DNA of 64,000 bases. Origin: an uncultured Planctomycetia bacterium. Lineage in GTDB: Bacteria; Omnitrophota; Gorgyraeia; Tantalellales; Tantalellaceae. This document shows positions 1 through 9,571 of the stretch, piece after piece; within the stretch, counting starts at the first letter, position 1, and the number at the start of each line of letters is the position of its first letter. The stretch lies in NCBI GenBank assembly GCA_964527765.1, contig CAZGQR010000001.1, positions 118,353-182,352 of the forward strand, written 5' to 3'. Made by a program: the position numbers and the translations under genes. Below the pieces are notes generated by a model. The model saw only the letters and a list, made by a program, of their open reading frames with translations. It ran no database searches and was not told the origin of the DNA.

Positions 1-76
1 TCCGCCCCGTCAGGGAAAGGCGCATCGGGCAGGTTTTCTTGAAAATACTTTCTGCAGGATCTTAACAGGGTCTCTG

Positions 77-460
77 TTATTTTTTTTGAGATGTCTTTGC
101 CAAGCATTTATCGTCAAATCGTTCTATCGGGGCGTCGGACCATAACCGTTCCAGCCCGTAAAACTCCCTGATCTGGCTGTAAAAAACATGGACCACAACG
201 TCCCCGTAATCCAGCAAGATCCAATAGGAATTATGTTTTCCTTCCACGTGCAAGGGAAAAATATGCTCTTTTGATAATCTTCTCTGTATTGTGTTGGAAA
301 TGGCGTTGATCCGGCGAGAGGAGCTTGCGCTGACCAGGACAAACCAGTCACACATCGTCGAAATGCCCCGCATATCCATCAGGACGATGTCTTCCCCTTT
401 TTTCTCCACCGCAAGCTGTGCTATAAACTTTGCCTTATCCAGAGCTGCTGCTTTTTTCAC
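77..460 (-). CDS. rsfS: Ribosomal silencing factor RsfS (Iojap family)
   Basis: 127 aa ORF whose sequence is typical of the RsfS/YbeB family; conserved position downstream of nadD. Confidence 0.8.
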   Translation of the reverse strand: MKKAAALDKAKFIAQLAVEKKGEDIVLMDMRGISTMCDWFVLVSASSSRRINAISNTIQRRLSKEHIFPLHVEGKHNSYWILLDYGDVVVHVFYSQIREFYGLERLWSDAPIERFDDKCLAKTSQKK

Positions 461-552
461 CGATCAGTCAAATTATGCTTTAATATATTGCCTGGGACCA
501 AAAAGACCAGACAATCTCAAAATATACCCTTAAGCAGGGTAAAATGATCCGT

Positions 553-696
553 TTATTTGCCGAGTATCCTGTACATGCCCGTACCGCAATCCGGACATTT
601 ACCTTTCATCGCCTTCCTGCCGTTTTTCATGGTGACTTCCTTGGCGTCCTTCATCTCTTTCTTGGCCTTACATTTTACGCAATAACCCTCTGCCAT
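553..696 (-). CDS. Small zinc-ribbon protein, 47 aa (MAEGYCVKCKAKKEMKDAKEVTMKNGRKAMKGKCPDCGTGMYRILGK); not in the ORF track
   Basis: Own translation of the minus strand: ATG at 696-694, stop at 555-553. A consensus Shine-Dalgarno AAGGAGGTG sits 6 nt upstream. Two CxxC pairs are present (CVKC, CPDC). Confidence 0.45.
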   Translation of the reverse strand: MAEGYCVKCKAKKEMKDAKEVTMKNGRKAMKGKCPDCGTGMYRILGK

Positions 697-789
697 GAGT
701 AACACCTCCTTGAATTTTTAAAAAAAATAACGTTTGCTTAAGTTTATCACACCGGAACTAAAAGTCAAGGGAATACGAGAACGCCGCGC

Positions 790-1365
790 CTATCCGGTGT
801 ATAGCCCCTTATTCCGCATATACCTGACAACTGCAGCCGGGACCAGATAGTCTATGGGCTCGCGCTTGCGTATCCTGTCCCTTACCATGCTGGAGGACAC
901 CTCCATGGCGGGGATGACAACGCGCCGAACTTTTCCCTCATAAGCGCTTTTTTCCCCCCAGCCGGGCCGGGTGGCAATAACGAAAGTGGTGAGACGGAGA
1001 ATGTCATCCACGTCCTTCCACATGGAAAGGCTTTCCGCGGAATCGGCCCCGGTCAGGAAGAAAAGTTCGGCTTTTTCTCCGTACTTCTGCCTGAAATGTT
1101 TGACCGTATCGATCGAATATGACGTCCCGCCGGCGTCTATCTCGTAGGTGGATATTTCAAATCTGTCATCACCTTCAAGAGCCGCGCGGATCATGTTCAA
1201 GCGGTCCGCGGCTGAGGCCTCCCCTTCCACTTTTTTGAGAGGGGGTATATGAGCGGGGATAAAGATGACCTTGTCGAGGGCAAGACGATGCCAGCACTCC
1301 TGTGCCAGGACCAGGTGCCCCACGTGTATCGGGTTGAAAGTCCCCCCTAACAGCCCTATTTTCAT
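790..1365 (-). CDS. nadD: Nicotinate-nucleotide adenylyltransferase
   Basis: N-terminal GGTFNPIHxGH nucleotidyltransferase motif; 191 aa; nadD-rsfS synteny. Confidence 0.9.
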   Translation of the reverse strand: MKIGLLGGTFNPIHVGHLVLAQECWHRLALDKVIFIPAHIPPLKKVEGEASAADRLNMIRAALEGDDRFEISTYEIDAGGTSYSIDTVKHFRQKYGEKAELFFLTGADSAESLSMWKDVDDILRLTTFVIATRPGWGEKSAYEGKVRRVVIPAMEVSSSMVRDRIRKREPIDYLVPAAVVRYMRNKGLYTG

Positions 1366-2621
1366 GTCCTGATCTGTCCTCTTCCGCGTATAACGTATTT
1401 ATAGGTACAAAGCTCCTCAAGCCCCATCGGTCCCCGAGCATGAAGCTTGTCCGTCGAAATGCCTATTTCCGCTCCTTTGCCGAATTCGCCGCCGTCGGTA
1501 AATCTGGTGGACGCATTAACATAAACGGCCGCGGAATCGACCCTTCCGGTAAATTCTTCACCGGTCCTGCGGTTCCTTGTCACGATCGCATCCGAATGAT
1601 TTGACCCGAATCTCGCGATATGCTCGATGGCTTCCTCCAGTGACCGGACCACGCGTATGTTCAGGATAAGGTCCAGCCATTCCGTGGCAAAATCCTTTTC
1701 CCCCGCTTCAGCAACATCGCTGCCGAGGATCTCTCTCGTCCTCGGACATCCTTTCATTTTCACGCCTGAGCCGCGCAGCTCGGCAGCTATACGCGGAAGG
1801 AACTTTTCCGCAACAGCTTCATGCACGAGCATCGTCTCCATGGCATTGCAGACCCCCGGCCTCTGGACTTTTGCGTTGAAACATATATCTTCCGCCATGT
1901 TCAGATCGGCTTCGGCATCGACATATACATGACAGATGCCTTTATAGTGTTTTATGACCGGCACTTTGCTCCTGGCGGCAACTTCGCTTATCAACGATTC
2001 CCCTCCCCGCGGCATGATGAGATCGATCCCGTCCGACGAGGCGAGCATAGCATCCACGATCTCCCGGGACGTATCTTCTATCAGGATAAACGCTCCCTCG
2101 TTCAGGCCTTCCGCTTCGGCGGCTTTTTTCAGGGCGCCGCAGATCGCCTTGTTCGAGTTTATGGCATCCGAGCCGCCCCGAAGAATAACGGCATTCCCCG
2201 ATTTAAGGCACAGAGAAACGCAATCCGCCGTCACGTTGGGGCGCGCCTCATAGATTATCCCTATGACACCTATCGGCACTCTTACTTTCTCTATCACGAG
2301 CCCGTTAGGGCGCTTTTTCTTTTCGAGTACCGTCCCCACGGGATCATCGAGAGCGGCCACTTCACGCATCATGGAGCACATCCCGTCTATCCTCTTATCA
2401 TCCAGCTTCAAGCGGTCGACGAACGCCTTGCTTTTGCCTTTTCCCCGGGCATTCGCCACATCAACTTCATTTGCTTCCCCGATGCTGTCCCTTGCCTGAT
2501 CAAGGGCCTTCGCCATTTTCAGCAGAATAGCGTTCTTCTTTTTCGTGGGCATGACGCCCAGGGAAGCCGCCGCTTTCCTCGCCCTGCCGGTAATGTTCTT
2601 CATAACGTTTATTAAGTCCAT
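1362..2621 (-). CDS. proA: Gamma-glutamyl phosphate reductase
   Basis: 419 aa aldehyde-dehydrogenase-like protein with ProA-type sequence, immediately downstream of proB. Confidence 0.9.
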   Translation of the reverse strand: MDLINVMKNITGRARKAAASLGVMPTKKKNAILLKMAKALDQARDSIGEANEVDVANARGKGKSKAFVDRLKLDDKRIDGMCSMMREVAALDDPVGTVLEKKKRPNGLVIEKVRVPIGVIGIIYEARPNVTADCVSLCLKSGNAVILRGGSDAINSNKAICGALKKAAEAEGLNEGAFILIEDTSREIVDAMLASSDGIDLIMPRGGESLISEVAARSKVPVIKHYKGICHVYVDAEADLNMAEDICFNAKVQRPGVCNAMETMLVHEAVAEKFLPRIAAELRGSGVKMKGCPRTREILGSDVAEAGEKDFATEWLDLILNIRVVRSLEEAIEHIARFGSNHSDAIVTRNRRTGEEFTGRVDSAAVYVNASTRFTDGGEFGKGAEIGISTDKLHARGPMGLEELCTYKYVIRGRGQIRT

Positions 2622-3742
2622 TACTTGCCCTCTCCGGTGATCACGAGGTTGTCCCTGTGGATCACTTCATCATAATCCTTGTGCCCCAGAACCCCTTCGA
2701 TCTCGCCGGTTTTTCGACCCTTTATTTTCTCTATTTCCCCGGAGGAATAGTTCGTCAGCCCCCTCGCTATTACCCTGCCGTTATGAGAGAGAACGTCCAC
2801 CACGTCCCCCTCGTTAAATCTTCCCCGCACTTTCGTCACTCCGCCCGGCAGGAGACTCTTCTTTCCCTTCACCAGCGCAGTTTCAGCGCCCTCGTCGACC
2901 TTAACGGCCCCTTTTGATCTGATGCTGAACGCGATCCAGCGCTTGCGGGCTTTCATGGTCTTAGCGGAAGCTTCAAACCTTGTCCCGATCTGGCTGCCGT
3001 CGATTATGTCCGCTATCGCGTTCTTGCGCCTGCCGTGCGCTATGACGCATTCTATCCCGGCCTTTGAAGCGTTCTTTGCGGCTTCAAGCTTTGTCGTCAT
3101 GCCGCCTGTCGACTCATCGGACCCTTTGCCCCTGCATAGATCCTTCAGCCCTTCCATGGCTTCTGTGATACCTTTTACGCGCCTGATCAATTTTGAATCT
3201 TTGTCATAAAGCCCTTCCACATCAGTAAGTATGATCAGCATGTCCGAATCGGCAAGATCCGAAACAAGACCGGAAAGCCGGTCGTTATCGCCGCATTTTA
3301 TCTCCTCGGTGGAAACGGAATCGTTCTCATTGACGACAGGCACGGCCTTATACTTCAAAAGCGTGTTCAACGTGTATCTGATATTCAGAAAACGCCTGCG
3401 GTCGTTGAAGTCTTCCTGCGTAAGCAGTATCTGGCCTGCCATGTATCCCCTCTTGTTGAAATATTCATTGTAGATATCCATCAGGTGATTCTGGCCCACG
3501 CTTGCGATCGCCTGCAGCTCAGAAAGGGACCTGCCTTTTTTCTGGAGATCCAAAAGCCCCAGACCCGCTCCTATCGCACCGGAGGAAACGACAATAACTT
3601 CTATTTTCCGGTCCATGAGGTCCGATATCTGGTCCGCAAGGCCTTTAATGACCTTCCGGTCTATTCTGTTCCGCTTATCCGTAAGGACCTTAGTCCCGAT
3701 CTTGATCGTTATTCTCTTCAGCTTTTTTCCTGACATCTTCAA
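2621..3742 (-). CDS. proB: Glutamate 5-kinase with C-terminal PUA domain
   Basis: 373 aa; amino-acid kinase fold at the N-terminus (VVSSGAIGAG) and a PUA-like C-terminus; proBA pair. Confidence 0.9.
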   Translation of the reverse strand: MKMSGKKLKRITIKIGTKVLTDKRNRIDRKVIKGLADQISDLMDRKIEVIVVSSGAIGAGLGLLDLQKKGRSLSELQAIASVGQNHLMDIYNEYFNKRGYMAGQILLTQEDFNDRRRFLNIRYTLNTLLKYKAVPVVNENDSVSTEEIKCGDNDRLSGLVSDLADSDMLIILTDVEGLYDKDSKLIRRVKGITEAMEGLKDLCRGKGSDESTGGMTTKLEAAKNASKAGIECVIAHGRRKNAIADIIDGSQIGTRFEASAKTMKARKRWIAFSIRSKGAVKVDEGAETALVKGKKSLLPGGVTKVRGRFNEGDVVDVLSHNGRVIARGLTNYSSGEIEKIKGRKTGEIEGVLGHKDYDEVIHRDNLVITGEGK

Positions 3743-4691
3743 TCTTCCCGTAAATCGTACCGACCAGTTTTACCAGCCCTTCGCCGCTGAGAGCGGAAAT
3801 AGGCCAGACCTTTTCTTTCACGGTCCCGGTAAATTTTTTCAGGCTTTCGGCCGCCCCGGGCGAGTCCATCTTGTTCGCGGCTATAATGCGCGGCTTATCG
3901 TACACCTCTTCGCCGTACAGTTCGAGTTCCTTCTCCAGTTTAAAATAATTTTCCGCGGGGTCCGAGCCGTCCAGCGGGACCATGTCCACAATATGCACAA
4001 GGACGATAGTCCTTTCAATGTGGCGCAGAAACCTGTCCCCGAGCCCGCGCCCCGCATGCGCCCCTTCTATGAGCCCGGGCATGTCCGCCACCACGAAAGT
4101 CCCATCATCAACGGTGACCACTCCCAATTTCGGGCTTTTAGTGGTGAAGGGATACGGCGCTATTTTCGTATGGGCTTTTGATATGCGCGAAACCAATGTG
4201 GACTTTCCGGCGTTCGGAAAGCCGATGATCCCCGCATCGGCCACAAGTTTCAGCTCAAGAAGCAATGTCCTTGACTCACCCGTTTCGCCGGACGTGGCTG
4301 TCCGCACCTTGGCGCTGCCCTTACCGCCGGAGCCGCCTTTTGCCACTATGACCTGTTCGCCTTCGGCTGCGAGGTCCCTGATAACAAGATCGTTCCCGGC
4401 GTCCTTAAGAATGGTGCCGACCGGGACTTTCACCAGACAGTCTTTTCCTCTCCTGCCGAACTTTTTATTGGACCCTCCGTGCTCGCCCCTGGAGGCGCGA
4501 TAATGCTGATTATATTTAAAGTCCAGAAGGGTGTAAAGGTTCGGGTCGCTTTCGACGATCACATCGCCGCCTGCGCCGCCGTCTCCGCCGTCGGGAATGC
4601 CTCTGCGGTGAAAAAGATCCTTGTACAAGCTCTGGCAGCCGTTTCCCCCGTTACCGCCCGACACGTAGATTTTTGCATGATCGATCAGCAT
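3690..4691 (-). CDS. obg: GTPase Obg/CgtA
   Basis: Glycine-rich Obg fold at the N-terminus (GGNGGNG ... GGDGGAGG), G1-G4 GTPase motifs, rplU-rpmA-obg synteny. Confidence 0.9.
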   Translation of the reverse strand: MLIDHAKIYVSGGNGGNGCQSLYKDLFHRRGIPDGGDGGAGGDVIVESDPNLYTLLDFKYNQHYRASRGEHGGSNKKFGRRGKDCLVKVPVGTILKDAGNDLVIRDLAAEGEQVIVAKGGSGGKGSAKVRTATSGETGESRTLLLELKLVADAGIIGFPNAGKSTLVSRISKAHTKIAPYPFTTKSPKLGVVTVDDGTFVVADMPGLIEGAHAGRGLGDRFLRHIERTIVLVHIVDMVPLDGSDPAENYFKLEKELELYGEEVYDKPRIIAANKMDSPGAAESLKKFTGTVKEKVWPISALSGEGLVKLVGTIYGKIEDVRKKAEENNDQDRD

Positions 4692-4692
4692 C

Positions 4693-4935
4693 TCATCCGG
4701 GAATAACGCTTACAACCCGCTTGCCGGAAAAAGTGACGATACCCTCGCGCTTGGCGAAAAGCGTATCATCCCTTCCCCTCCCGACGTTCATGCCGGGTTT
4801 GTACTGGGTCCCCCTCTGCCTGATAAGTATACTTCCGGCGCTTACGGCCTGGCCGTCGGATGTTTTGATGCCCAGTCTTTGTGAATTGGAATCGCGTCCG
4901 TTACGCGAAGAACCCTGTCCTTTTTTGTGCGCCAT
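4693..4935 (-). CDS. rpmA: 50S ribosomal protein L27
   Basis: 80 aa; [16 protein letters not shown]... is the canonical L27 N-terminus. Confidence 0.95.
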   Translation of the reverse strand: MAHKKGQGSSRNGRDSNSQRLGIKTSDGQAVSAGSILIRQRGTQYKPGMNVGRGRDDTLFAKREGIVTFSGKRVVSVIPG

Positions 4936-4985
4936 GATCTTCTCCCTTATGCATTATGCCGCCCGCCATCCTCACCTGCTTCATA

Positions 4986-5306
4986 TTAAGCGAAATGTAT
5001 ATCCTTCACCCGAAGTTCGGTGACATCCTGACGGTGCCCTTTTTTCGATTGAGAGCTCTTCCGCTCCCTGTATTTAAAAACCGTTCTCTTTTTTAAGCGC
5101 TTATCGCCGAGGATCTCACATTCGACATAAGCGTTCTTCACGTAGGGGCTGCCCACAAAATGTGAAGACCCCTTTTTACCGAACAGTACCCTGTCGACTT
5201 TCAGTTTCTTTGATTTCTGGTCCTTTATGCGGTTCACCGTTATCTTATCATCCTTTTCCACCAGGACCTGCGTGCCCTTAAGTTCGATCACTGCGTACAT
5301 CGTCAT
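4986..5306 (-). CDS. rplU: 50S ribosomal protein L21
   Basis: 106 aa; MYAVIELKGTQ... is the canonical L21 start. Confidence 0.95.
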   Translation of the reverse strand: MTMYAVIELKGTQVLVEKDDKITVNRIKDQKSKKLKVDRVLFGKKGSSHFVGSPYVKNAYVECEILGDKRLKKRTVFKYRERKSSQSKKGHRQDVTELRVKDIHFA

Positions 5307-5432
5307 TCTCCTATGGTTTCATAACTCATTGTATAATAAAAGCTTACATCAAAGAGTGAACAAGCACTCCTGCAAATGTTTTATAATATTATCAAATAGG
5401 GCCGGCCTTGTCAAGATTTAATCAAATCGCAA

Positions 5433-6587
5433 TTACCGGTTCCAGCTGATCACCCTGAACCCGCTCGATTCTTCGGTCATATCGGGAGGAAGTATATAAA
5501 CATAGGAATAATCTATGTCTGTCCTGAAATTCCACATGGTTATATTCCTTTTTGCCAGCATGATGCCGTTGATCACGACCTCGGCTCCCCAGTGTTCATG
5601 CGTGTAGATATCCTGTTCGGCATACACGAGGGCCTCCTCCGTCTCCAAACGGCCGCTGATCTGAATATCCCCCTCTTTAGCTATTATAACGTTCCTGTCG
5701 CCTGTTTTGGCCTGGTCAAGGGTCCCCGATATGGTTATAGTATCAGCTATCATCCCGCCGTTGAGCGTGCATGTGCCCTGTACGGTCACGTCACCATCGA
5801 CATATACTATCCCATTATCCGGTGATAGCGTTTGATTGTTGAAATTCTGGCTTGAACTGTAATAAAGGCCGTCATCCTGAGCGGCTTCTTTGTACTTTGC
5901 ATAATCAAAATCCGGAAAAGTGATCCTAATGGTGCCTTCATATATCGTGGCTCCGTCGTTATTCACACTGTTGATCCAAAGATCCGTGTCTTTATTGTCA
6001 GAGTTATAGTGTTGATTGCCTTCTACGACAACACCGGTAGCGGAAACATCTCCCGTGATCGTCAGTTGCGCGTGCGGCTGCACTATAAGATAAACGTCGT
6101 GATTTGCATGTATATCTCCCGTTATCTCGGCGTCATCTATGTTCGTATGCACTTTTATCGTTATATCATTGCCGGCTCCGGAGAAATAATTCAGCGCGGT
6201 AGGCGTATTGTCTTCTACCTCGGCTGAAACCGTTTCAGAAACCCCCAGGACAGTCCCCACGGATTGCACAAGATGCCTGCCGCCGGTCTCAGAAAACGTC
6301 ACGCTGTAAGACCCCGTATCAAGACTGTCGTTAAAATCAGCGCGCGAGTCGAACCCATCCTGTTTTATTTTGGCAAACGCGTGATGCAGCCCGGCTTCAG
6401 CCATAAAACGCGCCTGCTCCCTGACCTTGGCCCTCTGAATAAGCCTTATATCACGATGGATCATGGTAGACAGGAATACAATGCTCAGGACCATAAGGCC
6501 GGTAAAGACCATTACTATGATCATCACCATACCCTTTCGGCCGTTCCTGTCATTACCCACTTTATGCCCGACGTTTGTCTCTTTCAT
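5433..6587 (-). CDS. PilX-like type IV pilus minor component (N-terminal TM helix plus AEAGL motif) with a repeat-rich, beta-rich C-terminal domain
   Basis: Hydrophobic N-terminal helix followed by ...QARFMAEAGLHHAF (PilX_N-like motif). Location at the end of the minor-pilin gene run. Confidence 0.45.
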   Translation of the reverse strand: MKETNVGHKVGNDRNGRKGMVMIIVMVFTGLMVLSIVFLSTMIHRDIRLIQRAKVREQARFMAEAGLHHAFAKIKQDGFDSRADFNDSLDTGSYSVTFSETGGRHLVQSVGTVLGVSETVSAEVEDNTPTALNYFSGAGNDITIKVHTNIDDAEITGDIHANHDVYLIVQPHAQLTITGDVSATGVVVEGNQHYNSDNKDTDLWINSVNNDGATIYEGTIRITFPDFDYAKYKEAAQDDGLYYSSSQNFNNQTLSPDNGIVYVDGDVTVQGTCTLNGGMIADTITISGTLDQAKTGDRNVIIAKEGDIQISGRLETEEALVYAEQDIYTHEHWGAEVVINGIMLAKRNITMWNFRTDIDYSYVYILPPDMTEESSGFRVISWNR

Positions 6588-6637
6588 CCCTGATCAGCCT
6601 TTTTAAAAAATTCCTGCCGTGATCTGAAATAAAAAAC

Positions 6638-9055
6638 TCACTTACCCGTATTTCTCGGTTCTATCTCTATGAAATTTTCTTCTACTACTGTTTTGTCCTG
6701 CACGACATCCGAGACCTTGATGTACATGCTGAGGATCTTCAGCAGGTACAGCCCGTCGACCGTTACCTCCGCCTGGCCGTAACTGCTTTTTCTCGCTATG
6801 TAACCGGTAATGGCGCAAAGACGCTCTTCCCCGGGCCAGTCTATCTCGACATCGTCTATCCACGTGGAATAAATATCGGTCGTATACAGTTCGCCGCTGC
6901 CATCCTCCGGAAATTCATAAACGGACAGCGCCACCTGATCTTCAACGTAGTCCGCATACCCGAGCGTTGATGAAGAAGTTTCCCAATAAAGATCGGTTGA
7001 TAATTCCGCTAAAAACTGCACGTATCGGCCGCTCCCGATGGACAGTGAATGCGGGTTCACGTTCGATCCGCTTATCGAATCCCAGTCTGTCGCCCCTTCC
7101 ATGTCCTCGTCATCCGAAGACCGCGCTTTAAGCAGGATATCCGTCCCTTCGGGGCGGCTTTCCGACCACTTTATCTCGTTATAGGAAGGATTGGCTAACG
7201 TTGTATCAAATATTCCGGACTCCACGGTCCCGGTCTTTCTCCATGTGTCTATATTTGCCGTTATGTAAACATCTGCATCCGCGGACAAGATCGAACTGCT
7301 GCAATCCTTGAACGCGACATTGCTGCCGTCACTGGTAAAATCGATAGCGGATCCGCCGCTTGAAGCGGACACCTGAAAGGTGTCGGCTGTTACATTGACA
7401 GCATAGTAAGACCCGCCGTCCTCCACTGCCGACTGACAATCGGGCGTCCCCGCCAGGTTGGCCAACTGGTTGGTAAGGCCTCCGGGTATCGTGCCGCCTC
7501 CGATAGCCACCCTGTCGTTATCGGATAAGCCGTGTGCTGTGGCCGTAAAAGTATCCGTAGTATAATCCGCCGTGCAAGACGTAGAATCTATATAATAAGT
7601 CCGGTCCGTACCGGCCGAACCGTCCCAGTATTTACAGTCCACGGATGCCGGATCTGATATATGCAGAGAGATCAGATAATCGCTATCCGCCTTTAATGGA
7701 AAGGCCGTCCATACGCTCCACTCTTCGGAATCTGCCGATATTGTAACGCCCTCATTTATATCGCCCCCCGCGTCCTCAAAGAAAAGCTGTTGATGCCGAT
7801 GGTACTCTTCGATCTCCTTCCCGGAAGGATCCTGGTTGGCAAGTCCGACGCCGCCGCTCGTCCCGCTCCTTTTTGTTATGTAAGCTTTATCTATAACAAG
7901 CGGATTGTTCGAGGAGGACCTGAAAGATACCCTGATCATATCGCCTTCCACGCTGATATTGTCCTGGATCACCACGGTGCGAATGGTCAAAGGCGAAGTC
8001 GCTCCCCCGGGGAAACCGCCGTTCCGGCCTTCCGTTTGCGTATCTCCCGTCTCGACATGGGCGAACCATGTGATCTCAACGGGATCGGTGCTTCCTTCCT
8101 CCGGAGTATCCAGCTTTATGTGCACCTCTTCATCGAACATGGCAGTGTTATCTAAAGCAGCATCTTCGAACGAGGATTCCCTCCATAGATCATAATAATC
8201 GCTGATCTCGATATAACTGCCGACACCGGCCGCGTCAAATTCCAGGTAATTATCATTTCCCCACATGGAGTCATGCACGCGGCCCGCCGTTCCGCCGCTC
8301 ACCGTAAGAGAGCCGGCCGGCGCGAACGACGAATTATAATATTCCACTTCACGGGGGCTTACCGATGGCTCTATAAATATACTATCAAGCCCTATATCAT
8401 AACCGGAGGATAAATCGTTTTTCCCGTCGATCTCAAACCGTATCGTGTGGTCGCCGCTGCTTAAGTTGGCCCACCCGAACACCATTTTACCGACTCTCAC
8501 GGGAGTGCTGGATTCGTCATAAAAATCGACTATCGGAGATAACGGGGATATCTCGAAGGTATCGACATTTTTCAAGAATTCCTCCCCCTCCTCGCCGGTA
8601 ACAACGTCTTCCAATTGAGCATACCTTTCGTCTTCGTCCTTTGTGTTATCGCGCGGATCAAAGACCTTTCGCCTCAACGTCTTGCTGCCGTCTCCCGCGG
8701 TATGAAGGTAATAAATAACCGTTTTATCCCAGTCTATTTTTTCATCGGCATCCAGCGTGAAAAATCCGTTAGAATCGGTTTCCGCCACCGGCATGCTCAC
8801 GGCAGTGTAAGTTTGTTCTGTGTTGGGATAAAAAGACATGTAAGTCAGGCTTGACAGCCGCAGGTCGTTCTTGATAACCTCCAGGGCATTCATAAGATCG
8901 ATCCTCAGCTCTGTATATTGCCTTTCCACGGTCCATGTTCTGTACGTAAATATCCACGCGGACAAAATACCCCCTATCACGATCACGGAAATTATGCCGA
9001 CGAACATGACCTCAGTGAAGGTAAACCCTTTTTTATTGCGCAAGATCTTTTTCAT
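6638..9055 (-). CDS. Giant (805 aa) PilW-like pseudopilin with prepilin-type N-terminus and a large C-terminal extension (candidate tip adhesin)
   Basis: N-terminus MKKILRNKKG/FTFTEVMFVGIISVIVIGG matches the class III signal and N-methylation domain (G|FTxxE). It sits between PilV-like and PilX-like genes. Confidence 0.55.
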   Translation of the reverse strand: MKKILRNKKGFTFTEVMFVGIISVIVIGGILSAWIFTYRTWTVERQYTELRIDLMNALEVIKNDLRLSSLTYMSFYPNTEQTYTAVSMPVAETDSNGFFTLDADEKIDWDKTVIYYLHTAGDGSKTLRRKVFDPRDNTKDEDERYAQLEDVVTGEEGEEFLKNVDTFEISPLSPIVDFYDESSTPVRVGKMVFGWANLSSGDHTIRFEIDGKNDLSSGYDIGLDSIFIEPSVSPREVEYYNSSFAPAGSLTVSGGTAGRVHDSMWGNDNYLEFDAAGVGSYIEISDYYDLWRESSFEDAALDNTAMFDEEVHIKLDTPEEGSTDPVEITWFAHVETGDTQTEGRNGGFPGGATSPLTIRTVVIQDNISVEGDMIRVSFRSSSNNPLVIDKAYITKRSGTSGGVGLANQDPSGKEIEEYHRHQQLFFEDAGGDINEGVTISADSEEWSVWTAFPLKADSDYLISLHISDPASVDCKYWDGSAGTDRTYYIDSTSCTADYTTDTFTATAHGLSDNDRVAIGGGTIPGGLTNQLANLAGTPDCQSAVEDGGSYYAVNVTADTFQVSASSGGSAIDFTSDGSNVAFKDCSSSILSADADVYITANIDTWRKTGTVESGIFDTTLANPSYNEIKWSESRPEGTDILLKARSSDDEDMEGATDWDSISGSNVNPHSLSIGSGRYVQFLAELSTDLYWETSSSTLGYADYVEDQVALSVYEFPEDGSGELYTTDIYSTWIDDVEIDWPGEERLCAITGYIARKSSYGQAEVTVDGLYLLKILSMYIKVSDVVQDKTVVEENFIEIEPRNTGK

Positions 9056-9123
9056 GTCCCGCTCTAACCCCGCCTTTACCTGTTCTTTGACATGACCGTT
9101 GCATCAATAGATCACGGTCTTGA

Positions 9124-9558
9124 TCAATACTCCGCGAATAGCGTCTCCATGACGACCGGCTGGCCCGATGTTTCCGTGCTCGAAATGCTGCCGTCGATAT
9201 TTACCTTTATCTTCTTCACGCTGACTTTTATTTTCGTAAGATAGGGGTTATCGTCGAATTCAGTGTCGATCTCCGTGGTGCGGACATAATTACCACCGGG
9301 ATTGACAGTGCCGTCGGCATCTATTCGAACATCCGTTTCAGCCGCTGCGGAAAGCTGGTCGAAACTGAATCTTTTAAGCAGATCTATGCGTCTTTGGCCC
9401 AGAGATGAAGCTGTATAGATCATATCCATCCTCCGCGAAAAAACGGAACCCTGGATCACGATAGCGATCAGAGAAACCAGAACTATTATGACCAGAACAA
9501 TGGATACGATCACTTCCACAAGCGTTATTCCCTTACAGTTCTTTAATAACCTGTTCAT
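9124..9558 (-). CDS. Minor pilin (PilV/GspI-like), prepilin-type N-terminal cleavage/methylation domain
   Basis: ...LKNCKG/ITLVEVIVSIVLVIIVL is a prepilin signal. Start placed at the internal Met (MNRLLK) so that it does not overlap rng. Confidence 0.55.
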   Translation of the reverse strand: MNRLLKNCKGITLVEVIVSIVLVIIVLVSLIAIVIQGSVFSRRMDMIYTASSLGQRRIDLLKRFSFDQLSAAAETDVRIDADGTVNPGGNYVRTTEIDTEFDDNPYLTKIKVSVKKIKVNIDGSISSTETSGQPVVMETLFAEY

Positions 9559-9571
9559 GGCGTTCTCCGCA

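Noticed and set aside
3690-3742. 53-nt overlap between obg and proB as a possible frameshift or pseudogene
   Set aside because: Both proteins are full-length with intact N- and C-termini. The proB start is probably slightly downstream (MSGKK...). The overlap is within the normal range for compact operons.
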